Assembly: GCA_002269645.1 (NCBI GenBank)
Contig: NIVC01001502.1
Location: 177,571-241,570, forward strand
Origin: Macrostomum lignano
Lineage: Eukaryota
Length of the DNA stretch: 64,000 bases
Direction: 5' to 3'
The notes beneath the pieces are model-generated. The model worked only from the letters and a program-made list of their open reading frames with translations. It was not told where the DNA came from and made no database searches. This document shows positions 1 to 11,490 of this stretch, in pieces. The position numbers were made by a program, and so were the translations under genes. Positions within the stretch are counted from its first letter, which is position 1; the number at the start of each line of letters is the position of its first letter.

Positions 1-1140
1 AGAGGGCTGATTACTACTCGCAAAGCAGGAATGGTGGATTACACCACAGCATCCTGCATTTGGACCATGAGTTCTAAATTGGCACTCTGTATTTTATTCA
101 CTGATTTTTTTAATTTGAAGTATCAATAATTTTAAAAGTATTAGGACTCTTGCAATTTTAATACTTCTATCAATTGTCAAACAAGCAAGCATTTAAACAT
201 ACAAACCTTAGAGATTTAGTACATTTAGATGATAGGGCAAATATTTGATTTAATTTACAAGTTTTGACTGCACCAGCAAGCAAGTTAGGTTTGAATTCAC
301 CATCCTGACTTTGGACCTAAGATGCCAAATGTCACAGTGATTCTCAATGCTTAAATGGTGATTTTTGTAAATATATTGATATTGATCATTTGTTATACAA
401 GTAATACCTTGTAATACATTAAAACCTTATAGAGGTCAAGTTATTCTATACAAAGAGAACTGAATATAGGATTATAGTTTAATAATTGGATAGTCAAAAT
501 ATTAAAAAATTATAGATAGAATTACTCATAGGAATATATACACTCATTTAGAGTCAATATAAGAGTCAATAAAAGAAAACTTAGACTAGTATCCAGACTA
601 CTTGGAATATAATAAATAGCAATGCTCAAGTTAAACTATGAATTCTAGTAAAATATTGAGTGAATTAATAGCATTAAATAACTGATTTAAACCTATGATA
701 ACACTGGTTGTAACATTAAAACAAAATTATAAATAGTTAGACATGTCTCCATTACAAATAGTTAATACATAAATAACCTGTTGGACAATATGATTTGATA
801 ACCAATAGAATCAAGACTGTTACTCTTTTAATTGTGAGATTTGCATTGTAATTTATTAACCCTAACCCTAACCATCTTTTTTCATTATCTGATTCTAGGA
901 TTTTAGGAATCCAAATCAAATGCAAATGCAGTCTTGCATTTAAGTTGGCAACCATCTAGGAAGAAATGTATTAAACCTGGCTAGTCCACTTAGCTTTAAA
1001 TATAAGATTATAGAAATATATGTTATATATATAAATTACAAGACCTCATTTGTATGCCAGAACTAAAAAATATGCCATTGACATAATGTTTCCACTGTGT
1101 TATATATGCTGAGATATATGTTGATGTATGCTGAAAAATG

Positions 1141-1709
1141 GCAAATACCTTTATTGCATATTGGGAAATCCTGGCATATATGTTGTCTTATACATGCCCA
1201 ACCTCAAAATTTCACCCATCTGGTGCAACTTAGTTTTGTCTAGATTTGCGACTTAGTTCTTCTTGATTGCAACTTAGTTCCCCTAATTGTGACCTAATTT
1301 TCATTTTGTATATGACTTTTCTTGCCTTTTCTCGTTTTTTTCTTTTTTTCTTCTTTTTTTCACACTTTTCTCCCTCCATTTTTTCCTTTTTCTCTTCCTT
1401 TCCTTTCTTTCTTTGGCATTTTTTGTTGTTTTTTGCATTTTCAATTTTGTGACTTACCTGGCCAGCAGCCATTCCACCCATCCAATTTGGATGGGTCAGT
1501 TGGACAGGTGTTAGGCATGTATGTATTGTCTTCCAAACTATGGCAAATGAAAGAAGTATCAATTTAATAATATAATGATATATAATATAATGTAATAATG
1601 CAATGCGATAATATAATATAATATACATAATTAGTACTTCTTTCATTTGCCATAGTTTGGAAGATGACATATATGCTAGGATTTCCCAGTATACAACAAA
1701 GGTATTTGC
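1141..1709. mobile_element. Degenerate MITE/foldback-like element with about 49-bp imperfect terminal inverted repeats and an internal hairpin
   Basis: 1141-1189 (gcaaatacctttattgcatattgggaaatcctggcatatatgttgtctt) is an imperfect reverse complement of 1661-1709. A second near-perfect inverted pair lies at about 1528-1558 / 1635-1664 around an AT-rich loop. No credible coding capacity. Confidence 0.55.
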
Positions 1710-4700
1710 TTTGGTCTAAAAATTATTTTTAGATAGGAAAAATATAAATATAGGTTGGTACCATTTGATATAAGGGCACTAATATAGTTTTGTCTGTGAA
1801 ATTATTTTTCTATTGAATTTAGCTAAACTAATAATTTTAATTTTTTAAGTGGTAATTTTAAATCTTATAAATGATAAAATATACTTTAAAATTTAATTTT
1901 ATAGGCCCTATTTCAATATATTTTTTGCTTCAGAAAAAGACTCTGTAAAAAATGCTTTTTGCTATTCTTTCTTTCCACTAAGCAATTATCAGACACTACA
2001 CCTTTGGGCCATAGATAGGTCTAAGTCACAAGGTAGACTTTTGTTAATCTTTATCACACAAATCATCAATTCAAAGCCTTGGCACTGGCACAAATTCAAA
2101 TGAAAAATAATTTTGTGAAATACTGTTGACTAGGCTAAGGTGACCATGATGTTAAAATGTCATCAACATTATCAATCATTGGAAGTGGCATGAATTCAAT
2201 AGAAAAATAATTTTGCAAATGAAATTGCACTAGTCAGCTAATGGCCAATGCCAATAGGCTTATCCTATGCATAGAAAAATGTTCAATTTTTTCATAGGAC
2301 ATAGGCCCCTAGGGTCTATTTGCTATTCTGTTAAGCAGTTAAGCTTAATCCTTAAAGCCTAACCCTAAAGGTCTGGCTTAGGCCTAGCCTTAGCTTAGGT
2401 AGCACTGATAGGCCTAGAAGTACAGCAATTCAATAAGACTTAGGCCGCTAGACCTTAGGCTTAGCCTAAGGCACAATGGCACTGGCACATTTTATTCCAT
2501 TAGCTAGACCTAGGCCGTCCTCTCCTTTATCCTATAATAAAGGCAAGGCCTTAGGCCTAGTAGGCCTAGGACAAATAGACTGTAGGCCCTAAAGTACAAT
2601 AGTTCCAATTGTTATAAAAACTGGGGGCATTGCCTGGTTTCTTATGCCTATTATATTTAGAGATTTTGGAGTACAAGCCTTAGAGGAGAGGAGAGTTACC
2701 CTAGAACTTATAGTCAAAGGCAAGTGCTTCTCGTGGTATAACTGGCATGTCTGACCTGATGTTACTCGACTCAGGCCTCAGGGCAGGTCCACTGCAGCCT
2801 GATCGGTTCAGTGCCGCCTCAAAACGACAAATATTTAGCACTTTATACACAATTCAGACAAAGTTTAATAGTAATTTTAAACAAAGAATTATATTTGTAC
2901 AGAACTAAGTTTATAATGCTTTCAAACATTGACCAAAAGTTTAAAACATGTACGTTGTTAAAATGAGTTAAAGGAATAAAGAGTTTTAAGCCGTCATATT
3001 AGAACCTTTATAAAAAGGGGGTCCATGAGAATTGACTAAAGACGAAATGCTTGTCAAGATTTGTCCACAGGATATTTTCCCGTGAAAGCTTTTGCCAAAT
3101 AAGGCAAAGTGGTTTAAAAAAATAACCTACGTAAAATTTTCGTAACTATTATCAATTAACTAACTAAGCTGTTAGATGGAAAGTTAAATTCAACTGACAA
3201 AAAATGAACTGTTTATCACTAGCGAAAAGGTGACTTATAGTTAGCTTTGTGTACAGTATTACAAGTGCAAATACGCTACATTCGACCGGATCATGGCTTT
3301 AGACAAGAGTTTTAATTCCTGCCTATATAATATGCGAGCCCCCTCATGCCTAGGTTTAGTCAAGGAGCTCGAATCAGTTCAGTACAGTTCGTTTCGTTTT
3401 GCTTTAGTTTTGTCTCGCCAGTAAATACAGTTTCTCAGTTCTGCATTGGCCCTTCTCCCATTGTCAAAAATCAGCCTTTCTGATAATGAAAGTGTCTATG
3501 GTCAAACCTGATCCACACTCAATATATTTCTTCACTTAATTGAAACCTCTGGATAATGGTGTTCATCTCGCGATAACAATGGGTTATTTTTAAAACAGAA
3601 AAATGGGTTAATTCTTTCTTGAAACAACGCGAACAAGAAAGAATAAACACAATAGTATACTCGTTCGTATTAAATGGTGAAAATTAGTCTCCATGTACAG
3701 CAGAATTGTCACAGGTACCATCCTCCTTTATTACAGTTGGCAATTGTTGAGAGTACAATTTTTATTGTGAAGATACTCCGGCCGTTCGTCTCCCGACCAT
3801 CAGCCACATTACATGTTTCACCTTTTCTTGCGCGATGGAGCTCTGGATGCGCTGATGTCGGTGCATTGTTACATGACCGCGTGGGTCTGTGCGTTTTCTC
3901 CCCATGCTCAGAGCAAGCGACACTGCATTTTTGCAAGGACTGTCCCGTTTCATCGCCAGGTAGCGCCGGACAGTGCCCTCGGACTTTTGATCCGTAATAG
4001 CCATGCTCATTGAATGCCCTTCCGATTCCAGATCGCACACTCTGCTAACTCTAGTCTAGAACGGAGCAGGAAACAAGACCAGGGAAATTCAAATTATTTT
4101 CAATCATGCAAACACATCGGGAAAGTCACATATACTTTCATCGACCCACTAACTCACCGCGGATGCTGATTTGTGTATTCCTTCGGCAGCGGCACTTCTT
4201 TACTCAGCGCCTTCTTGAAGGTCCTTAGAGTACGAGGTAGTTGATTCCTCGCTTCTTTCTGCTTTGAAAAAAATCACCTGGTGCCTCCGACAATTAATCC
4301 TCGTCAGTATCACTGTTCTCCAAGAAATTGAAAGATAGAAAAGTTAAAAAATCTTAGATCATTGTCCTTGATGTCCTTCTCGGATGAAGACTCACGAGAT
4401 CCAATTGAGTTCCTTAATTGAATAAACTTCCATTGTCCTGACTCAGTTCTCAACCTGGACCTGCTCTGAGGCTAACACAAGGACAACTTAAGTAGATTAC
4501 TTGAGTAACTTTAAGTACTTAAGTTGTCCTTGACCCGAAGGGACTGGTGGCAGCACTTACCTACGCAACCAAGAAAGCTTCCGCTTAAAGCAGCGGTGGG
4601 ATACCTACCAGGCATTTGCACCACAGCGCGCAAGACCCCGATTTCGTCAGATTTCATGACTCTGTTGCTTAGCAACTGACGCTCGGGTTTGCCTCAGAGA

Positions 4701-4789
4701 AGGCAAGGGTCTTGCATTGGCGCACGTGATTTTCCCCCATAAACACGAGCCAAGCGTCACGGACCCCCTGGCCGCCGCCCGGGAAACGC

Positions 4790-5135
4790 CGTTGTTCATA
4801 TCGCGGCCCCATCAGCAGCTCCACCGGCGCTCGGCCCGTTGTTGCGTTGGGCGCCGTCTGGTAAGCCAGCATCCACTCGTCAGAGCGATCGCGCTAGTCT
4901 TTGTTTTCGGCGATATGGCAGCGCGAATGGCCTTGTTGATCGATCTGTTCAGGCGCTCGGTCAAGCCTTTGGCAGCCGGGTATAGCGGAGTGATGGCAGG
5001 AAGTCCTTAAACTGTCCAGACGAGAACGGAGGTCCATTATCCGTAATGATCTCCTCCGGGATGCCAAACCTGCAGAACGACTCGCGCAGCCGTGGGACAA
5101 TGGCGTCTGCTGTTGTGGACCGCAAGACTATTGAA
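4790..5135 (-). pseudogene. Decayed Ty3/Gypsy integrase fragment
   Basis: Minus-strand frames read FCRFGIPEEIITDNGPPFSSGQFKDFL, then after a frameshift ITPLYPAAKGLTERLNRSINKAIR, then AYQTAPNATTGRAPVELLMG. These match the rve core D..E region and the downstream TTG.SP.ELL.G motif. Frameshifted, no LTRs seen. Confidence 0.8.
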
Positions 5136-6494
5136 CCTCCGGGTACCGGGAGTAGTGGTCTACGCAGACGAGCAGCATTTTTTTCTGAAGCGGGCCCAGC
5201 TGGTCGGCGCCGATCGACAGCCAGGCGCGTTTGGGTATTTTGGATGGTGCAAGGGCGTCGCGCTGACTGTTGGGTTGTGGGATGACTCGATGCAGCTCCG
5301 GCATCGGCGCTCATTTTTGGCCACCAGACCTTGCTGTTCCTGAGCATCCTGAGCATCAAAGTTGATTTGTTTATTCATTGTTTTAAAATTAATTTTTGAC
5401 TTTAAAACTTGCTTGCTAAAATGATTTGTTTGAATATTTAAATTTAGAATTTAACCTTCTGTTATTAAAATTACGTAACACGCATGTAGACATACATATA
5501 CGCCTGAACAAGCGCAATTCGATAAAAGTAAAGAAAATGAGAGCAAAAACTAGTCTGCTCTCTGGTGGATGATTGCGCTCTACGAGTATATCGCGATAGC
5601 GAAATTAAACAGTATGCACATGAAAAATCATGCACACATGGATCCAAGTTTATATGTACGTGTTTTTACATGTCAAGATACTAAATCATGAAAGAAAATA
5701 TCATATATAAGATGCCACACAGGAATCAGTTTACATGATGCAGTAATTAGTTTAAGTTGACAGACTCTATCTATTTTTCATGCTCTGCACCTATGCGTGG
5801 GATTTTAAGAATTTGAGGAAAATAATAGATAATTGGATAAAATTAAACAGCTAGTTTAATAATTAGATTAATAATCTATTACAAATGAACAGCAGGATTA
5901 AAAGTGCATTCACTAAACAGTAAATTATTGGGATACTAATGCATGAAAATGTACTTTCAAATTGTTTACAACTATAGGTGGGCTTTACGACAGGATGCAG
6001 GATCAAGAAGAGTCCGATGTGAGGGTATCATACCAGGAGAGTACAACGCAAGGAATTTAGGAGGGTGTAAGAAAATCAATGCATACCATATAGCGTATCG
6101 TAAACCTTTAAATATACTGTTGGTACGAGCTAATTGTGCAAAACTATGCTTTAACGAGAAGAGAAGAAGTCGGATGTCACCGATAGAAAAAAATTGTGAC
6201 ATTTTTTAGCTATACAGCAACAGTTCTGCACGAATGCATGTAAACGGAACAGTTAAAGTACGCCGTAATATAATAACCATATGGCGTGTAGTAGCAAGAA
6301 TCATGGTCAATGTAAGCAAAAGGGTTGCAAAAAAGCTACATGTAGCTAAATAAAGCCTGTATTTAGCCTCCATACATGCCACTCGATACATGTAGCGAGT
6401 TAATGTTGTCACTCTGTAGCCACATGCAGCTAAAGCAAACTACTAGCAAATTAATCGTACAACAAGTCTCAGTTTATCCCGTCCAAAAAACGGA

Positions 6495-8285
6495 TCAGTT
6501 GGAGTGCAAATGTATGGTCGGATTCGATCCGTACAGCGTCAAAATCTGGCTGGCACGACGACCAGTGAGCGCCTCGTTCGAAGCGCTGATCGACTGTCGC
6601 CTATCAGCGTCTCCAGATTCGTCGCTATCTTCCGATGCGGCCGGTTGGTCGTCGTCCTCGTCGCTGGTGTAGCCGATCTTGCCGCACAGGTAGGCCATGA
6701 TGAGCGCCGAAGCCTCCAGCAGTTCGAAGCCGGTCAGGACGGAGAAGCCCAGAAATAATCCCAGAGTGCCACCGATGTCCGACAAGTAGTTATCGATAGC
6801 GTAGGCCTGCTTCTCAATGATGTGCTCGGCCATCACACCGTCAACGTACACGACCAGATTGAGCAGGTTCCTTCGAGCAGCAAGCTTGGTCTGGTTTTTC
6901 AGATCGGCTACTTTCGGCTTGACGTCGACCAGGTCCCCAAACAGGCGCATCTCGTAACTGTCGGTTGGCCACTCGCTGAGGGACTGCTTGAACGTAAAGT
7001 GTGACTCCTCGCACGGCAACTGACAGTCGCACTTGAGGTCACCCTGGTCCGAAGCGTACACGGTGTTCATCAGGCAGGACAACTGCTCCTCAGTCTGACA
7101 CGGCTTAAGTCGCGCTTTCAGGTTGCTGTAGTAGACGGCGTTGGCCCTGTCGTAGCAGCCGCACAGCTTGTGCACGCGATCGTACAGGCAGAGCATGGTG
7201 CAAGCGTTATAGGTGTACTTGAAGCCGTGGTTTTGAAGAAAGCCTTCGCCATCGTGACAGCTGCCCTTCGGCCGGTTGATGCGGTTGATCATGCGCAGCG
7301 ACATGCCGATTGAAGTTTGAAAGCCGGGTGGCACCGAGAAGCCGGTAGTCTCTGGAAAGGCCAGCGAGCCGAACTCGTGAATGTGCACCTTGATACCCGA
7401 GCTCGGGATGAAATTCTGCAGGTATTCTTCCAGCTCAAGATAGAGCGTCAAGATGAGGCCGTGCTCTCGACCATTCTTGCCAATCACTGGCCTACCAGCC
7501 ATGGCAGACTGCCAACCGTTGAAGGTGAAGCAACTGCCGTAAGTCTTAGTCAAGGAAACGCTGAAGTGCTTGGTGTTGCACCGCTGGCCGGCAAAGCTGC
7601 ACTGCAGAATGAGGTCGGACATCTGGTAGCCCATGCGCAAGCGTTGCTCGGGCGTGTGGTTGCTAATGAGCCTGTGAAAGCGCATCCAATCGACCTGCTG
7701 AGTCATCAGTTGAGTTCCGTTATCCACCACCGAGTAGTTTTTTGTTTCTAGGCCGGCGATGAAGCGCTGCAGGTCCGGCTGGCCAAACAGGCTGACCATC
7801 GAGCGGCGGAGCGGGTTGTGGTTGCAGACCGTGACCGACGGGAACTCGAAGGGTTTGTAGGACAGCTGAATAATGGTGGACTTGGGATCGCTGAAATAAG
7901 TCCTGCTGAGGCTGTACAGCTGCCGGATTGTTAAAATCAGACAGACGGTGAATGCGATGGCCCAAAGAGTTTTGAACACCGGATGACTGCGCTTAACAAT
8001 GTTGCTGATGGCGAGTAGGCTGGTGTTGGACAGCAGCGCGTCCAGGAAATCTTTGATGTTGTTCTCGTAAAGCGTCTGCTCTTCGCGCGTCCGCCGCTTT
8101 GGTCGCAGTTTTTCGCGAATAAGCCGTCCGTTGAACTTGCCAGAATTTGAGTCTTCGTCGGTGGACTTGGTTGCGCCATAGTCTGGCAACCCGGATGTCC
8201 GGGATGAGTCTGCCTTCTCGTCGTCCGAAGACTTTTCCAAGGATGTGACTCGTTTCTTGGAGCTGTCAGATGACTCTTTAGACAT
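6495..8285 (-). CDS. DEG/ENaC (ASIC/pickpocket-like) sodium channel subunit, 596 aa, intronless
   Basis: Single ORF, ATG 8285 to TGA 6495. Contains TM1 (TLWAIAFTVCLILTIRQL), FPSVTVCNHN, YGSCFTFN, GLILTL, GIKVHIH, a Cys-rich thumb (YTYNACTMLC...CDCQLPC) and TM2 LSDIGGTLGLFLGFSVLTGFE with the GxS filter. Confidence 0.95.
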   Translation of the reverse strand: MSKESSDSSKKRVTSLEKSSDDEKADSSRTSGLPDYGATKSTDEDSNSGKFNGRLIREKLRPKRRTREEQTLYENNIKDFLDALLSNTSLLAISNIVKRSHPVFKTLWAIAFTVCLILTIRQLYSLSRTYFSDPKSTIIQLSYKPFEFPSVTVCNHNPLRRSMVSLFGQPDLQRFIAGLETKNYSVVDNGTQLMTQQVDWMRFHRLISNHTPEQRLRMGYQMSDLILQCSFAGQRCNTKHFSVSLTKTYGSCFTFNGWQSAMAGRPVIGKNGREHGLILTLYLELEEYLQNFIPSSGIKVHIHEFGSLAFPETTGFSVPPGFQTSIGMSLRMINRINRPKGSCHDGEGFLQNHGFKYTYNACTMLCLYDRVHKLCGCYDRANAVYYSNLKARLKPCQTEEQLSCLMNTVYASDQGDLKCDCQLPCEESHFTFKQSLSEWPTDSYEMRLFGDLVDVKPKVADLKNQTKLAARRNLLNLVVYVDGVMAEHIIEKQAYAIDNYLSDIGGTLGLFLGFSVLTGFELLEASALIMAYLCGKIGYTSDEDDDQPAASEDSDESGDADRRQSISASNEALTGRRASQILTLYGSNPTIHLHSN

Positions 8286-9111
8286 TCTATTGCCTAGAGG
8301 CTTGGTAGAGACTGCAGTGGCAACGAGCGAGTTTTTGGATCGTGCTGCTTAAAACTCCTATCAAACCCGTTGTCAAGCAAAGGAACTTGAAGCTCTCGCC
8401 AAACAATCCCGAGATTTGCGTGCCAAAGCACTGCACTGGCTTGAGTCCTACGTGTGCAGTAGCTAGCCTAATATCGATATTGGAATCCCCATTCCAATCC
8501 AACGCCCTTCCTTAAAGTGATCCCCAAATATTCTTCCTGCGCAACCCCTACTCAGCCACTGCCCATAGCGCTGTTGAGGAAAAAGCGAGACGAAAAAATT
8601 TCTGCCGATTTTAGTTAAAAATGCGCGGTAGACCTGCACTGTTGAGGCAAAACTTTGTTGGAAACCAAAAAGTGTAGGAGAAAGGGAGACTCAAGGTGCT
8701 GCGCCAGGTTACGCCTACTCAGTCTCAAGCGTAGCCTACAGCTAGCTACTCAAATTAAGGAGGGAAAGAGATTCAGGAGATTAGTATTATAGTCAATCGA
8801 GAAGCAGTTGATGGCAACAGCTGCGCAGTGTACTGCACGCTCCCTAGCGAACAGCAGGCCCGGAAGATCGAGGTTTGATCCCTGCAGCATGCCAACTGTG
8901 GACAAGGGGAGAACTTCTCTGCAAAATTTGTTGTTCCGACAAGAGTTGGCCCCCCTAAAAACTGAAGCAGCAGACTCTGCTTTCGGTGAGATACGCATTA
9001 AATGGAAACGTAACTTTTCGCCTTTTTAGTACTTGGTTAAGATCAATATTCCAAGCAGACGAGATTTCTGGGACACAATAAAGCGTGGTTGTACATCAAC
9101 TTTCATTTCCT

Positions 9112-9715
9112 TGTACGGCTACCGGACATTTCCCCTCTGGCATTTCCCCTCCGGTGTTCCCCTCCGGCATTTCCTAACCTAAGTTTGCTCACCAACCTGC
9201 GCGGTTTTGCCTATATGCCTATGACTGCGCCCGAATCATCTGTTGAACCAACTGAACAACTTCTCTTCCAGTTTGTTCGACAATGCTTTGTTACGTCATT
9301 TACGATTGTACGTTATTATGATTTTTACAATTTTTTACAATACACAGCAGCCACATTCACAACCATGCAGCCACTTCTATTTCAATTTTTATCGAAACGC
9401 CGGAGGGGAAATGCCGGAGGGGCAATCTACTGCCGTCCGGAGGGGGAAATGCAGGAGGGCCAATCTACTGCCGTCCGGAGGGGAAATGCCGGAGGGACAA
9501 TCTACTACCGTCCGGAGGGGGAAATGCAGGAGGGCCAATCTACTGCCGTCCGGAGGGGAAATGCCGTAGGGACAATCTACTGCCGTCCGGGGGGGGGGAT
9601 GCCGGAGGGACAATCTACTACCGTCCGGAGGGGAAACGCCGGAGGGGAAACGTCGGAGGGGAAACGCCGGAGGGGAAACGTCGGAGGGGAAACGTCGAAG
9701 GGGAAACAACGGATT
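9112..9715. repeat. GC-rich 30-31-bp tandem array (9395-9715) with an inverted partner at about 9112-9178; foldback/MITE-like relic
   Basis: Unit resembles ggaggggaaatgccggagggacaatctactgccgtcc. The upstream catttcccctccgg motifs are its reverse complement. Confidence 0.7.
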
Positions 9716-10298
9716 TAGGTGTAGAAACTGAATGACAAAAGTGACAACCGTTTAACATACGGCAACTCATGCGTATCGTTTGTCAGATAAATAAATAACA
9801 ACCATTTTTATATATACATGCTTAACTTTTTACTTGCAGTAGGCTAGTAGAATCGGGTCCACTAATTTTGATGAGTGAACGCATTTCTCATGGTATTTCA
9901 CAACGTACAGGGGAGCAAAGAATTATTTAAACTACAATATTATCATTTTATTGCCAAGCTGTAAAACAGGTGACAATTTATAGCCAGTCTGCTGTGCAAG
10001 TAAAACTTGGTTTAAGCTGCGAAACATTGGTAGCATGGTGAATCTCATCAATGAAGTTTGCATTGAGATTATCAATATGGCATGAATGGTAAATGGCGTG
10101 AATTATTAATGGCGCAAAAATGTGAATGGCGAGAGTTGTGAATAGTATACGCTTTGAATGTTGTGAATGGTTAATTGAATGAATCGTGAAGTGTGAATAG
10201 TGAATGGAGGTGAATGATGACGGAGGGTATTAACTGTGAATGGTGTTAAAGAGGAAGGGCGTGAACTGTGAATGGCGTGTATTTTGAATGGCATGAAT

Positions 10299-10564
10299 TG
10301 TGAATGGTATCAATTGTGAATGGTATCAGTTGTGAATGGTATCAGTTGTGAATGGTATCAATTGTGAATGGTATCAATTGTGAATGGTATCAAATGTGAA
10401 TGGTATCAGTTGTGAATGGTATTAGTTGTGAATGGTATCAATTGTGAATGGTATCAGTTGTGAATGGTATCAGTTGTGAATGGTATCAGTTGTGAATGGT
10501 ATCAGTTGTGAATGGTATCAATTGTGAATGGTATTAGTTGTGAATGGTATCAGTTGTGAATGGT
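10299..10564. repeat. 16-bp minisatellite (tgtgaatggtatcagt)n, about 16 copies
   Basis: Directly visible tandem units, preceded by a degenerate tgaatgg-rich zone from about 10080. Confidence 0.95.
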
Positions 10565-10964
10565 GTGTCATGTGCTAATGAGACGAATAGTAAATAAAGT
10601 AAAAATAATTACCAATATTTAATAAAGAACTCTAATTAAAAAAAAAGAAACATTTTTAAGATTAATTTTATTTTCTAAGGTTTTTGTAGACGCACTGTTT
10701 GTATCAGGGAATGAAGGCCACAGAATTTAGAATTTTGAGCACTTTTTACCACCATTACGTCGTGAGTAAGTAAACCAAAGGATTTTCAGCTCTCATTAAG
10801 AAAGAGTCAGGCGCTTTACGCTCGTATTTACAAAACTATAAACTGGCTGAAAAATAGATGAATAAAGCAAAAAACAGGATACAAATAACTAAATGGCTGC
10901 TAGTATTATTTGAGTACCTGATGTGAATTATTGTGTGATCTGATATGACAATATAACTGTCAGA

Positions 10965-11345
10965 TGATCAGAGTTCACATTCTATGGTCACATTCTATGG
11001 TCACATTCTATGGTCACAGTCTATGGTCACAGTCTATGGTCAGTCTATGGTCACAGTCAGTCTGGTCTCAGTCTGGTCTCAGTCTGCGATCACAGTCTGG
11101 TCCCAGTCTATGGTCACAGTCTATGGTCAGTCTATGGTCAGTCTATGGTCACAGTCAGTCTTTGGTCTCAGTCTAGTCTCAGTCTGTGGTCACAGTCTGC
11201 GATCACAGTCAATGGTCACAGTCTATGGTCAGTCTATGGGCACAGCCTGCGATCAGTCTATGGTCACAGTCCGGTCAGTCTTAGATCACAGTCCATAATC
11301 AGTCTATGGTCACAGTCTACAGCCACAGCAGCTTAGGGTCACAAT
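10965..11345. repeat. Degenerate about 9-13-bp minisatellite (ctatggtcacagt)n
   Basis: Directly visible; explains the repetitive ORFs at 10964-11336. Confidence 0.9.
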
Positions 11346-11490
11346 CACAGTAATCGAAAGTCAATATGTTTTTAGGCTTTTTTTCATTTAATGACGGACG
11401 AGTGTCCACGAAGTCCGTAATTAATAGTCACAGACTATTGTGATTGTACAAGTAGAGCCAATGCTAATGCCTGCACTGTCCAGCATTGAG

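Noticed and set aside
1230-1670. Lys/Glu-rich 146-aa ORF
   Set aside because: Arises from a T-rich low-complexity tract inside a MITE-like element.
2380-2600. TTAGGC/TAGGCC-rich patch resembling telomeric repeats
   Set aside because: Motifs are scattered and on both strands, not in tandem register.
3674-4040. Overlapping short ORFs, possible retroelement relic
   Set aside because: No recognisable motif in any frame.
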